64,000 nt of DNA, taken from positions 1 to 64,000 of IMG/VR virus record IMGVR_UViG_3300025122_000012; one strand, given 5' to 3'. Shown here piece by piece: positions 9,554-19,472 of this stretch. The position numbers and the translations under genes were made by a program. The stretch comes from a virus. The notes under the pieces are model-generated. The model worked only from the letters and a program-made list of their open reading frames with translations. It had not been told where the DNA came from and searched no databases. The number at the start of each line of letters is the position of its first letter. The first letter of the stretch is position 1.

Positions 9554-10471
9554 TTATTTTCGTAGCGCACTCTTAAGGATACGCGCAGCAACACGCTTAG
9601 TAATCTCTTCAACCAGATCGTTAGTGGATCCAACAGATTCGTCTTTCTTCTCGTATGCTTTATAATGACCTCCAACGTCGCCGGCCTTCTTGCCTTCGGG
9701 ATGCTCCGCGCTCTTGCCGCGGCGCTTATACTCACCCTTCTTGCTGCCTTCATCATCATCGTCGTCCTCTTCCTTCACGAGGCCGGGGCCCTGCGAGGCG
9801 AGTCCGCCCTTGGAGTTCTTCTTGTTGCGGTGGTCCGGGTGCTGCTTGGAACCCTTATGGGTGTTGGCGGCGCCAGTGGCAGACTTGGGATGCTCCCAGC
9901 CTTCCTGCATCGCTTCTTCGTCGCCCATTTCAACATCGGCTACGACCTCTTCGCCCTCGGGGGCAAAATCGTCGACCTCTTCCTCGGCTTCCACCTCGTC
10001 AGAGTCAATCTCAACTTCATCACCGATCGCATCTTCAAGTGCAGTCTCTAGCGCAGCTAGGAAATCGTCAACAGAAACCATACGACCTTCGTCGGCTCCC
10101 ACCTCGGGCTCCATCTCGATGTCAGCCTCTAACTCGCCGCCGGCTTCAAGCTCATCGTCGGCAGCTTCGCCGGGGTGGCCTCGCTCAAGGTCGCCCGCAG
10201 CATAATCTTCTAGAGCGCCGGGATCAGCCTCGGCCTCTTGAAACAGAGAGCCATCGGCTGCCTCACCTTGTCCGCGGCCGTGGCCGGGGTTCGCTCGGCC
10301 CGACTTGGGACCTAGTGCTCCCGTGCGCCCGGTTCGCAGTTCGTCTAAGTTATCATCGTCATCCCGATAATCCATCTCATTAACAAAGCTGCTAGCAAAC
10401 GGCCTCAAGTTAGCAAGCTTCATAAACTTTCGAACTTGCGCTTCATTCAGAAGGTTCTTTTTGCCTGACAT
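9554..10471 (-). CDS. Acidic low-complexity protein, candidate prohead core/internal protein
   Basis: N-terminal LLNEAQVRKFMKLANL; D/E-rich; late motif at 10511-10517. Confidence 0.55.
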   Translation of the reverse strand: MSGKKNLLNEAQVRKFMKLANLRPFASSFVNEMDYRDDDDNLDELRTGRTGALGPKSGRANPGHGRGQGEAADGSLFQEAEADPGALEDYAAGDLERGHPGEAADDELEAGGELEADIEMEPEVGADEGRMVSVDDFLAALETALEDAIGDEVEIDSDEVEAEEEVDDFAPEGEEVVADVEMGDEEAMQEGWEHPKSATGAANTHKGSKQHPDHRNKKNSKGGLASQGPGLVKEEDDDDDEGSKKGEYKRRGKSAEHPEGKKAGDVGGHYKAYEKKDESVGSTNDLVEEITKRVAARILKSALRK

Positions 10472-10509
10472 AATTTATTTCTCCTACAACATACTGCAGT
10501 ATGCTACTT

Positions 10510-10752
10510 TTAAATAGTATTTTCTTTCACTAATGTCTTTTTTAATTTGACGAGGGTGGCATCCAAGATTTGTTTAACGCGGACGGTACTTATCTGGTGT
10601 CTCAACCCTATTTGTTCCAACGTCATTGGGCCGTGGCGCCCTAGAGCGATCAACGTACAGTTAAGGTCTTCTTCATACTCAATGTGGAGGCGACATTCTC
10701 CCTGTGCGCACGGGGTGCGCGCTAAATAACAATCTTTTGCGCATTCTTTCAT
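10510..10752 (-). CDS. Cys-rich protein with sigma70 region-4-like HTH
   Basis: MTLEQIG..ISTVRVKQI resembles TLEEIG..VTRERVRQI. Confidence 0.7.
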   Translation of the reverse strand: MKECAKDCYLARTPCAQGECRLHIEYEEDLNCTLIALGRHGPMTLEQIGLRHQISTVRVKQILDATLVKLKKTLVKENTI

Positions 10753-11081
10753 AACTCTGGTAAATCCTCTTCTAGTATATCGAATATATTCTGCACCTCG
10801 TCGTGGGTGAGTGCCAGTTCGTCCATAAGTTGTTTGCCTTTGTCCCTGAGCAGCTTCGACTTGCTGGTGCGCGCCTTGGACTGAACCTGTCGCGCGACCT
10901 TTTCCTCATCGAAGAACTTCATAAACAAGTTGTTCTGTGCCAGGTATGACTCCACACACATCCGAAAAAATTCACTTTGATTTTTTACCTGGTCATAGTA
11001 TAAACGTATACGAAAATCCTCGTGCAATTTAGCATCCAAGTAAAAACTTAATACCGACTGTTCGTTGGTGAGTTGCCTCAT
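10749..11081 (-). CDS. Hypothetical protein (possible ribbon-helix-helix)
   Basis: QSEFFRMCVE; overlapping start/stop codons. Confidence 0.5.
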   Translation of the reverse strand: MRQLTNEQSVLSFYLDAKLHEDFRIRLYYDQVKNQSEFFRMCVESYLAQNNLFMKFFDEEKVARQVQSKARTSKSKLLRDKGKQLMDELALTHDEVQNIFDILEEDLPEL

Positions 11082-12100
11082 AATTTAAGTATGTGGGTAG
11101 AACTTTCCAGCTGCCCGCTTGCAGTTTGACGTACGAATTGAGCATTCATTTGAAGTTCGTGAAGAGTTCGGGCTCCGGAGTATGAAAACCCACTTCGAAT
11201 TCCTTTTTCTAGATTTTGTAACACGGTAGCTACGGGGCCCTTACACCTAACTGTAGTCGAGATGCCCTCCAACGACGCGGTCCGGTCGCGCCACTCTATC
11301 TGGGCCTTCTCGCTGGCCATCCCCCGGTATGATTTGAATTTGCCATCCAGCGCGTTAACTACGTCGCCAGGAGTTTCATCAGTACCTGCAAGCATAGACC
11401 CAAGCATAACGAAGTCAGCCCCAGCCGCCAGAGCTTTGACAATATCGCCGGCGCTCCGGATTCCTCCGTCGGCAATAATTGGTACTTGCCGTCCTGCTTC
11501 CGCGCAGTCCAATACTGTTTGAAGACCCGGGACACCGTGCCCAGTCTGAATCCTAGTTGAACAAATAGAACCGCCGCCAATATTGCAGCGCACACTATCG
11601 GCTCCCCAGTTGACCAAGTCATTATAACCCTCCTTAGTGGCAATGTTTCCTGCCATAATATGAACTTTGTTACCCAATACTATACGAAGTTTTCTTAACG
11701 CTTCCTTCATCAATATATGATGACCGTGCGCTACATCGATACATAAGAGGGCAACGCCCGTATTAACAAGCGCCGTTGCTCTCTCTAAATAGTCTCCAGA
11801 AGTCCCGATCGCCGCTCCCACCATAGCGTCTGCCGGGAGGCTCCCGACATGGTTACACTGAGTGTCTATGGAATTATACCTGTGTATAATCCCCAGACCT
11901 CCGGCTGCATCCATAGCCGCGGCCATTGGCGACGTCGTTACGGTATCCATTGGGCTGGCGATGATAGGAAGTTTAAATAATAAATCTCCCAGATATGATT
12001 CGAGGGAGATGCTGGCGCGACTTTTAATCTCAGAATACTGGGGCACGAGCAATACGTCATCGTAGGCTAGTCCTTCTTTAATGTTCATTTGTAACCTCAT
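11078..12100 (-). CDS. IMP dehydrogenase/GMP reductase family, short form without CBS domains
   Basis: DDVLLVP, ASPMDTVT, GGGSICSTR (catalytic Cys), IADGGI, YRGMAS. Confidence 0.92.
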   Translation of the reverse strand: MRLQMNIKEGLAYDDVLLVPQYSEIKSRASISLESYLGDLLFKLPIIASPMDTVTTSPMAAAMDAAGGLGIIHRYNSIDTQCNHVGSLPADAMVGAAIGTSGDYLERATALVNTGVALLCIDVAHGHHILMKEALRKLRIVLGNKVHIMAGNIATKEGYNDLVNWGADSVRCNIGGGSICSTRIQTGHGVPGLQTVLDCAEAGRQVPIIADGGIRSAGDIVKALAAGADFVMLGSMLAGTDETPGDVVNALDGKFKSYRGMASEKAQIEWRDRTASLEGISTTVRCKGPVATVLQNLEKGIRSGFSYSGARTLHELQMNAQFVRQTASGQLESSTHILKL

Positions 12101-12326
12101 TTACTGTCTTCCAACAGGTAGGACACGTGAGGCGCACCACCTTCTTTTCTTGTAGCACCGTTACGTGCCACGTTTTAACTGTTTCTTGTGTTCGTTCAAA
12201 GGGTGCCCGACAGAGACAACACTCGGTTGGCTGCTTCATCATCAGCGCAGCTTGTTCTGCCACCCGGCGCTGGGCTGCTTTGGCTGTCTTTCCTTTTTTG
12301 GTGACAACCTTGCGCAGCTTTTTCAC
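12078..12326 (-). CDS. Small Zn-finger protein
   Basis: CCLC..CPTC. Confidence 0.55.
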   Translation of the reverse strand: MKKLRKVVTKKGKTAKAAQRRVAEQAALMMKQPTECCLCRAPFERTQETVKTWHVTVLQEKKVVRLTCPTCWKTVNEVTNEH

Positions 12327-12787
12327 TTTCCGGTCGACCCAAGCGCACCGTCGCCTCGGTCAGAAATGGTAATAGGATACCATTCATAAATGTCGGGCGA
12401 CGCGGAGGCCACAAATCGTGCATGCACGACAGGCACCACTACGGCCTGAGCTATCTTATCGCCCGGTGACAACATCTGGCTGATGGTGCCTACGTTATGG
12501 AGGTTCACAAAGACCTCCCCCTCGTAACCACTGTCTACCACAGAGGCGCCGACAAGCAGGTGCTGCTTCGCTGCCATACTTGAGCGATTCTTAATCTCTA
12601 GCATATAGCCATGAGGAATAGCAAACTTACACCCCGTAGGTAGTACTTTGCTTTCTCCAGGCTCAATCCGCACGCCGCGGACCGATGCATCTTCTGGACT
12701 CCACCTTAGGTCGAGCCCTGCGTCGCTCGGGTTAGAGCGAACCGGTGCGTGCACATTGCCGTGCACCATATAGTATTGTAATATCAT
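12323..12787 (-). CDS. dut: Trimeric dUTPase
   Basis: DAGLDL, NRSS, VVDSGYEGE, RGDGALGSTG. Confidence 0.95.
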   Translation of the reverse strand: MILQYYMVHGNVHAPVRSNPSDAGLDLRWSPEDASVRGVRIEPGESKVLPTGCKFAIPHGYMLEIKNRSSMAAKQHLLVGASVVDSGYEGEVFVNLHNVGTISQMLSPGDKIAQAVVVPVVHARFVASASPDIYEWYPITISDRGDGALGSTGK

Positions 12788-12930
12788 TTTCCTTGTCCTC
12801 GATAGGGCTTCTTGTACCGCTTGTTCCCCCCGTGGGGGCCCGGGTGACTAGTCTTTGTAAACTTACTGTGCCCGATACTAGTCTTCTTTTTCTTCGTCTC
12901 ACGTTTTCGTGCGGCGTTCTTCTTAGCCAT
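12784..12930 (-). CDS. Small basic peptide ending KKPYRGQGK (48 aa; not in ORF track)
   Basis: Manual translation; fills the MTase-dut gap with an ATGA overlap. Confidence 0.75.
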   Translation of the reverse strand: MAKKNAARKRETKKKKTSIGHSKFTKTSHPGPHGGNKRYKKPYRGQGK

Positions 12931-13807
12931 TTGTTTCACCTTCAATTCTTTCCATCATTTGATCATACATCTTTTTACGAAGTTCGCACCCCCTAAAGCT
13001 GCGACTCGTATTGATCGCCGCCACAGCAGTGGTGCCGGCCCCTAAGAAAGGATCCACAATGAGATCCCCCTCATTAGAGTGTTTTATAATTAAATCTTCG
13101 CAGAGTCCCAGGCTTTTTTGGGTAGGCATTATACGCCACTTCCCTCCCTGGATAGGGTAACGATAGACAGCGTTGTCGTACTTACTATTAAAAGTAGGGC
13201 TGCCTTTCTTCACCCCCAGCAATGCAATCTCTCGACAATTAGTGAGATAATTCCTACTGCTGTTAAGGGGCTGCGGGTTCGTCTTTACCCATTCAATAAA
13301 TCTGATCTGCTTAAACTTATGCCTCTCCATTATTTCTTTGAGATAGGAAATTTTCCAGATGTCAAAGAAGATGATGCACGTCCCCCCGGGCCTTAGAACG
13401 CGATAGAATTCTTTAACAAAGTCTTCCATCTCTTCCATTGTAAACTCGGAGTCCCACTTTCCGTAGTCAGTGCGCACCGCATACTTCTCGCCATAAATCG
13501 AACCATACTTAAGATAATTCTTTTTGGCGTTCCGCAGCGCTCCGAGTCGTTGTTTGCCGGGAGAATATCCCCCCGTTCGTGTCCACGTCTTCCACTCTTC
13601 GGCGGTCTTAAAGGCGCGCCACTCTGCTTCGGTACGCACCAGTGCGTGAGTCTTTTGCACGCTAGCACAATGGTCTACCCATCGATCCATCCCGCTGTCG
13701 CGCGAAGTAATGTAAGGAGGGTCGGTTAAAATCAAATCAACCGTCTTGTTGTTAATGGTTTGAAGGAAATCTAAGCCTTCGCAATTTTTGAGTTCGAAGT
13801 CGGTCAT
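12923..13807 (-). CDS. Beta-class N6-adenine/N4-cytosine DNA methyltransferase
   Basis: TDPPY before DPFLGAGTT; WVKTNP; PTQK. Confidence 0.93.
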   Translation of the reverse strand: MTDFELKNCEGLDFLQTINNKTVDLILTDPPYITSRDSGMDRWVDHCASVQKTHALVRTEAEWRAFKTAEEWKTWTRTGGYSPGKQRLGALRNAKKNYLKYGSIYGEKYAVRTDYGKWDSEFTMEEMEDFVKEFYRVLRPGGTCIIFFDIWKISYLKEIMERHKFKQIRFIEWVKTNPQPLNSSRNYLTNCREIALLGVKKGSPTFNSKYDNAVYRYPIQGGKWRIMPTQKSLGLCEDLIIKHSNEGDLIVDPFLGAGTTAVAAINTSRSFRGCELRKKMYDQMMERIEGETNG

Positions 13808-14388
13808 CTATTCTGTCTTCTGAGGGGGTAAACTTGGATCCCGTGTTGTTTAATCTCTGTCATACAGAGTGTCGCGCTCAGCCGCGGGTCAGCCCTGTGC
13901 TTAGGGTCGTGATATGTTTTGTGCAGCTTCTTGGTTAGAACTTCGAGAACACAGTCGGCTGAGAGTTCCCAAATCTCTGCGATCTCAGACCCCTCAAACC
14001 GTGCGATATAGTGAAAGGGATAACACCCAATCTTTTCGTTCTTCAAATACGCTAGCTGTTCGGCCCAGGTTGCCTTATTAGAGAGGCCCGAGTATAGCGC
14101 GGCGATCCTCTTCTGGATAGTCGTTTTATATTCCGCCTCTATGCCGTCTGGCCTCGTTGCATCTGGGCCGGCTAGCTTAGGAGCCAACGTGTGGCCCAGA
14201 GTCAATGCCATCAGAGCTTCCCTGCTCCGGGCATAACTGAAAATGTCGCCCAGTTTTAGCACCCCAGCAAAGTCCCCAAAGGTTTTAAAGAAAAGGATAA
14301 AGGCGTCCGCTCTTTGTTGGGGTGTCATATTCTCAACATACCCGGGCTCAGTCACGAGCTGTGAAACAAACCGTATTGAATTAATCAT
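13804..14388 (-). CDS. Putative type II restriction endonuclease (PD-(D/E)xK)
   Basis: GPDA..EAEYK motif; overlaps the MTase start. Confidence 0.6.
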   Translation of the reverse strand: MINSIRFVSQLVTEPGYVENMTPQQRADAFILFFKTFGDFAGVLKLGDIFSYARSREALMALTLGHTLAPKLAGPDATRPDGIEAEYKTTIQKRIAALYSGLSNKATWAEQLAYLKNEKIGCYPFHYIARFEGSEIAEIWELSADCVLEVLTKKLHKTYHDPKHRADPRLSATLCMTEIKQHGIQVYPLRRQNR

Positions 14389-14394
14389 ATTCTT

Positions 14395-14423
14395 ATATTA
14401 CCACTTTCTTCTGTAGCTGTCAA
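14395..14423 (-). promoter_or_regulatory. Sigma70-type promoter TTGACA-N17-TAATAT
   Basis: -10 box ends 6 nt before ATG 14388. Confidence 0.65.
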
Positions 14424-17400
14424 CCTAATAATCTCAAATTTCTTCGAATGGAGCGCGTGGAGAATCCCCACGCAGGGTCATAGTCGAGGCGTCCCATGTA
14501 GGGATGGTTCAAATGAATTCTGTCCTTCCCTTCTACTATACCCCAGCATCTAAACTTTGTCAACATCGAATTTGAATCTATTACAGATACAATCCAATAA
14601 ACTTTGCCGTGTTTGGTTTTCTTTTTAATAACCTCACGAGGAATAAACCACACAAGTTGCAGCTCGGGATCATAATCAGAAATGGGAGGCACATAATAGG
14701 ACTCCAATCTATTCCGGACAGTCTCTGTCATCACCAAGTGCATCGGAAAGATGCCGGTGAGAGTGGTAAGATTATCAATCTCTTCCTCATTGGTGAACTC
14801 CCCTTCATCCCGATAGGTTTCGATGTTCTCTAAAAACTTCTTCTTACTATACACGCGGTCAACAGCGACTGCTGACCAGTAGTGCTTGCGGCCGCTGAAC
14901 CGTACGTCCATCAGGCTATTCATAGCCCCCGACCGCACTAGCACATCTAATGCTTTCTTGTTTAGCTTACTGTATACAATCTCATCGTGGAAAAGGAATT
15001 CCTCAATGTCATTAAATGGACGGTTGGCTACAATTTGTTCAATGGCTGCATCCCCCAATCCCTTGAGGCCACTTAGCGGCTGGTAAAGGCGGTGCTCATC
15101 ATTGGGATCAATCTCCCAGACGAATGACGACGTGTTGATGTCTGCTTCCACAATCTCAAAGCCGTTCGACTTTGCAATATTGATGGCGCGCTCCTTGCGC
15201 TTCTCCGGCTCCTTATCAAGGAATGAAGCCATCCACTCCACTGGGTAGTAATTGTATAGCCATGCGCACTGGAATGAGATTGCCGAGTATGAAACTGCAT
15301 GCGACTTATTGAAACCATAACCCGAGAAGTACTCGAACCTCTCCCACATATCCTCTGCTTCACTATGGCTGATGCCTTTCTCTACGCAACCGTCGACGAA
15401 CTTAGTGCGGAGGGTTCTCTTAACTCTCGCTTCCTTCCCCGTCCCCTTCTTGGTGAGCACCTTCCTTAGTAAGTTTCCCTCATCTAGAGTTAGGTCCTTG
15501 CCTAACTTGTGAGCAAGCAGAGCAATCTGCTCCTGGAAGATAAGGAACCCGTAGGTTTCCTTTGTAACCTCCCTCACGTGCTCATTAAGATAATCGATGT
15601 CACCGGGGTTCGCCTTGGCTTGAATGTATTGCTCGTGCACATTGGCCGATAGGGGGCCCGGTCGATAGATCGAAGTGATGGCAGAGAGATCAATCAACGA
15701 CTTGGGCTTTGCGTTCGCACAGAACTCCTGTGCGCGCTGCTCCGTAAATTGAAAAATTCCCGCGAAGTTTCCCTTCTGAAAAACATTCCTATAAACGCTT
15801 GGATCCTTAAAATCTATCACGTCGGGATGGAGGTGTGTATTATAAAACTCTTTTACATCCTCGAACGTCGGCTCAGGGTGGTTGTGGTGTCGTTTCAAAA
15901 TATGTCGAATCGCACCCTCAATCATTCGAAGTGTCGAGAGTCCCAGCAAGTCAAACTTAATAAACCCTAACGGCTCCAAGTGTCGAACGTGCTGCCCCTC
16001 GGCCCACGGTGCCTGTCGCACGCCTCCCGAACTGATGATCGGCATGTGCTCGTTCAAGTTGTCGGCAATCAAGACGCCCCCCGCGTGACGGGAACAGGAG
16101 CGAACCTGTCCAACCAGCGCCTCGACGTGTGTCTTAATGTGCGGGTACTTTATTAGGTAGCCGCGCAAGGAGGGGGAGAGTTCCATAACTTCTTCCCACG
16201 TGGGAGCATACACTCCAGCCTTAATACCGTGCTTCATCTTCGCTGCGGGAGTTGCTTCCGCAATCATCGTTGACGTTACCTTATTAACTTCTCCAAACTC
16301 CACACCGTAAAACTTTGAAATATCCTTAATCAAAGACTTTAACTGAAGTGTGTTCCAGTTTGAAATTGGGATGACCGAGTTCTTTCCCCAGTCCTCCATC
16401 AGCATTTCCTTTAATTCCATCGGCTCTGCGACATCATAATCGATATCAGGATAGTCTGTGGCGTCCTTCCGCAAGAACCTCTCGAACAGTAGCCCATATT
16501 TAATGGGATCAATCTGTGTGATTCCCAGAGCGTACGCGACTAGGGAGCCCGCCGCGGAACCTCGGCCGGGGCCCGTCAACTGAGCAGCGTTAGCCTTGTC
16601 CGAAATTGCTTTCATCGTCAAAAAGTATTTACTAAATCCTCGGTCCTCGATAACGTCCAACTCCTGCTGGAGACGTTCAGCATACATATCATCTTCGTGT
16701 CGCATGAGGCCTCGCAGCCCCTCAAGCGCGTAGTGCACCAACGCCTCACTATCAGTGAACCCGGCCGGAACTACAAAGTCTGGAAGTTTAACAGTTGTGT
16801 TTGGTGTGAAGTCTTCGATTCTATTGAATGCAATATTGTGCGTTTCAGTAATTGAGTCCATTACAAGCTGATCATCATACTCAACCCCACAGGTCTTGGA
16901 GTAATATTTATAGGAATCCCACATCTGGTTTCCGTTCTTAGGATACAACTCATATCCGATCTCTTCTACGCCGGCGGGCAGTTCTGTGTTATCCTCGGCC
17001 CAGGCGGGGGCTCCCTTCCCAAGCCAACCAAGTCGCTTGTACAACTCGCGGTCCTTCCAAGCATCACCATTGGGGTAGTGACTATCAGCTGTGGAAATAA
17101 GTGTAACCCCAAATTCCTCGCACACTTCGATGATGTATTGATTGAGTTCGTGTTGTTCTGCAATGTTGTTCCACTGCAGTTCTCCGTACCAGCGGTCTCC
17201 GAAGATGTCCACAAAGCGCCGGGTAGTTTCCCTCATTGCTTCCCTCACAGCATCGGGCCCTTCCTCTCGGTTAGCCCAGTAGTTTCCAGCGTAAGGTCCG
17301 CCCAAGCATGCCGACGCGGCGATCACCCCTTCGGAGTGACGGTCAAGCATATCATAATCCACACGCGGGTAACGGTAGAAGTTCTCTTCCTTATAAGACT

Positions 17401-17860
17401 CCGACACAATCTTAAAGAGATTATTTAATCCGGTCTGGTTTTGTGCCAGCAGAATCAAATGTCGTCGACGATTGATCACAGACTTGATGGCCTTCTTAGA
17501 AGCCTCTTCGTCCTCAACAGTCGCGCCAGAAGTGTCCCCTTCTTTTGCCAATGATTTCGCCTGCTTGGCGTCTTCCTTGATGCGATTGTAATCATCACGC
17601 CATTCGTCAATGGACGGAAGGAAGTATGCTTCTACTCCGAAGATGGGCTTAAATTCCTTCCCCTCAGACTTCATCTTCTGCCAGTGTAAAAATTGGTGCG
17701 AGAACCCATTCATGTTCCCGTGGTCTGTGAGGGCAAGTGCTTCGCCCCCGTTCTCATAGCAAAAATCCATATGCTCATCTGGATATCCGATGGCATCAAA
17801 AATTGAGCCGGCTACGCTGTGTGCATGCAGGCCTACGAAAGGAATCTTTTTCTCGCTCAT
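14420..17860 (-). CDS. dnaE: DNA polymerase III alpha subunit (family C)
   Basis: PHP domain (HAHS, TDHG), GPGRGSAAGSLV, PDIDYD, HAGG, KFDLLGL, FNKSHA. Confidence 0.97.
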   Translation of the reverse strand: MSEKKIPFVGLHAHSVAGSIFDAIGYPDEHMDFCYENGGEALALTDHGNMNGFSHQFLHWQKMKSEGKEFKPIFGVEAYFLPSIDEWRDDYNRIKEDAKQAKSLAKEGDTSGATVEDEEASKKAIKSVINRRRHLILLAQNQTGLNNLFKIVSESYKEENFYRYPRVDYDMLDRHSEGVIAASACLGGPYAGNYWANREEGPDAVREAMRETTRRFVDIFGDRWYGELQWNNIAEQHELNQYIIEVCEEFGVTLISTADSHYPNGDAWKDRELYKRLGWLGKGAPAWAEDNTELPAGVEEIGYELYPKNGNQMWDSYKYYSKTCGVEYDDQLVMDSITETHNIAFNRIEDFTPNTTVKLPDFVVPAGFTDSEALVHYALEGLRGLMRHEDDMYAERLQQELDVIEDRGFSKYFLTMKAISDKANAAQLTGPGRGSAAGSLVAYALGITQIDPIKYGLLFERFLRKDATDYPDIDYDVAEPMELKEMLMEDWGKNSVIPISNWNTLQLKSLIKDISKFYGVEFGEVNKVTSTMIAEATPAAKMKHGIKAGVYAPTWEEVMELSPSLRGYLIKYPHIKTHVEALVGQVRSCSRHAGGVLIADNLNEHMPIISSGGVRQAPWAEGQHVRHLEPLGFIKFDLLGLSTLRMIEGAIRHILKRHHNHPEPTFEDVKEFYNTHLHPDVIDFKDPSVYRNVFQKGNFAGIFQFTEQRAQEFCANAKPKSLIDLSAITSIYRPGPLSANVHEQYIQAKANPGDIDYLNEHVREVTKETYGFLIFQEQIALLAHKLGKDLTLDEGNLLRKVLTKKGTGKEARVKRTLRTKFVDGCVEKGISHSEAEDMWERFEYFSGYGFNKSHAVSYSAISFQCAWLYNYYPVEWMASFLDKEPEKRKERAINIAKSNGFEIVEADINTSSFVWEIDPNDEHRLYQPLSGLKGLGDAAIEQIVANRPFNDIEEFLFHDEIVYSKLNKKALDVLVRSGAMNSLMDVRFSGRKHYWSAVAVDRVYSKKKFLENIETYRDEGEFTNEEEIDNLTTLTGIFPMHLVMTETVRNRLESYYVPPISDYDPELQLVWFIPREVIKKKTKHGKVYWIVSVIDSNSMLTKFRCWGIVEGKDRIHLNHPYMGRLDYDPAWGFSTRSIRRNLRLLG

Positions 17861-18720
17861 TTGTTTCTCCCTCTATACATAGTGTTTGTGTTCGGACGTT
17901 TGGTTTTCTGCCCAAGTTCCGATGATATAAATTTAACATATCCAGCCCACGAAGTCAAGTCATAAAACTCTTTTAACTCTTGAGTGGTGCCCTCCGGGCC
18001 GCCTCCAAAAACATCTTGCAGCCCGTACTCTAAAGAGAGGTGTCGCTCATCGATGGGCAGCAACTCCGAGGGCATCTCCCCGGGGGGAGGGGCCTTGTAG
18101 TAAGAAGCATTCGTGGTGATAGTATGCTTCGCGCGGCGCCACTCGTCGGCGTCCATTACGAAACTCAAGGGAAGGCCATCTTTTACTGTCTTGCCCTTGT
18201 GAGAAAAATAAAAAGGAACGTTCTTGCGTAATACAGAGCGACTAGCCAACACTTCCTTGGGGTCCATCATCCCCAACGGAAAAGAAACATAATAATGGTG
18301 TGGCTGGGTCCACCGCGAAAACTTTGTTTGAATCCAGTAGGCCACGTTGGCGCCATAAATCGCAGACCACGCATAGTTGTCTACCTTGCCTCGATGTTTA
18401 GGGTGGATAGGAACGTAGTAAATAGGAACTTCTATATGCTTGGTATTCCCAAACATAGCAAACACGCCTCTTTGAATACTGTCAATGTCTGTGGCATACA
18501 CGCCAAGCCTATGGCGCAATAGTGGTGCCACATCATCGTTCGCCACAATCCATATGGAGGTACACCCGGCGTGTAAGCACTCATAGACAGTGGCTTCTAG
18601 TGCAGTATAGTTGGGAGCCACCGGTACAAGGGAGGAATCCCATTCCATCCCAAACTCTGTCTGCATCCCAGCTACCGGGATGATAGCAGGCATATTAAGT
18701 TTCTTAGCCATACAAAACAA
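17857..18720 (-). CDS. Nucleotidyltransferase-like (GT-A fold) protein
   Basis: AIIPVAG..LVPVA..AGCTSIWIV. Confidence 0.5.
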   Translation of the reverse strand: MFCMAKKLNMPAIIPVAGMQTEFGMEWDSSLVPVAPNYTALEATVYECLHAGCTSIWIVANDDVAPLLRHRLGVYATDIDSIQRGVFAMFGNTKHIEVPIYYVPIHPKHRGKVDNYAWSAIYGANVAYWIQTKFSRWTQPHHYYVSFPLGMMDPKEVLASRSVLRKNVPFYFSHKGKTVKDGLPLSFVMDADEWRRAKHTITTNASYYKAPPPGEMPSELLPIDERHLSLEYGLQDVFGGGPEGTTQELKEFYDLTSWAGYVKFISSELGQKTKRPNTNTMYRGRNK

Positions 18721-19432
18721 TCCGCGGGTCTAGCTCGCCCACTATCTCAAAATAAAAATCCCTTTTAATGGCCTGCCGCTCTGCGTGTCGCACCTTAAGA
18801 GGAAGCCCATTTTCTGTTTGAATGTTATGTTCTTTTAGCTTACGCTCAAGCTTGATTCTCACTATGGTCTCCGAAAAATCAAAACTCCTCAAGTCACAGT
18901 CGCTAATACAACTGCGTACAATAATATCTTTAAATTCGCCGTGATGATTCTGGTCTATTCGATTGGAGGGAACAAATTTAATACTTTGAAGCAACTCCTC
19001 ATTGCAAAGGAGGGTAAAGTCCTCTCCCAGTCGCGACCCCTGTGTTACATCAAACAAGTCATACACCAGATGATCTTTGATGATCTCTTCTACTTCAAGG
19101 GTTTCAAAATTGTCGGTGTCAAAAATATGTAACGTTTTAAAGTCAATAAGAACCTTTGTATTTCCCTCGGTTATAATTTTTAGGTCTCCATCCTCGAAGG
19201 CAATCGTTCGAACTTCAAACGGAACCGGCAAGCGGGCGTTCATTCCTAAATCATAAATGCTATCTAACCATTTGCTTTTAACATCTTGGTGGCCCACCAG
19301 ATAATGAAAAGGTCGTTGTTCGCTGTTGACAATCAGGTGGTAGCAATTTGCGCGAGCAAATTCCACGGCCTCTTCGCGCCAGCCAATAACAACGTCCGAA
19401 AATTTAAAGCGAATAGGAGACAAGAAGGTCAT
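18704..19432 (-). CDS. Hypothetical protein
   Basis: Co-oriented; own promoter. Confidence 0.6.
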   Translation of the reverse strand: MTFLSPIRFKFSDVVIGWREEAVEFARANCYHLIVNSEQRPFHYLVGHQDVKSKWLDSIYDLGMNARLPVPFEVRTIAFEDGDLKIITEGNTKVLIDFKTLHIFDTDNFETLEVEEIIKDHLVYDLFDVTQGSRLGEDFTLLCNEELLQSIKFVPSNRIDQNHHGEFKDIIVRSCISDCDLRSFDFSETIVRIKLERKLKEHNIQTENGLPLKVRHAERQAIKRDFYFEIVGELDPRIVLYG

Positions 19433-19438
19433 AGTGTC

Positions 19439-19467
19439 ATTCTAGCACCCAATGACTCCCAAGTCAA
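19439..19467 (-). promoter_or_regulatory. Sigma70-type promoter TTGACT-N17-TAGAAT
   Basis: -10 box 6 nt before ATG 19432. Confidence 0.6.
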
Positions 19468-19472
19468 GAAAT

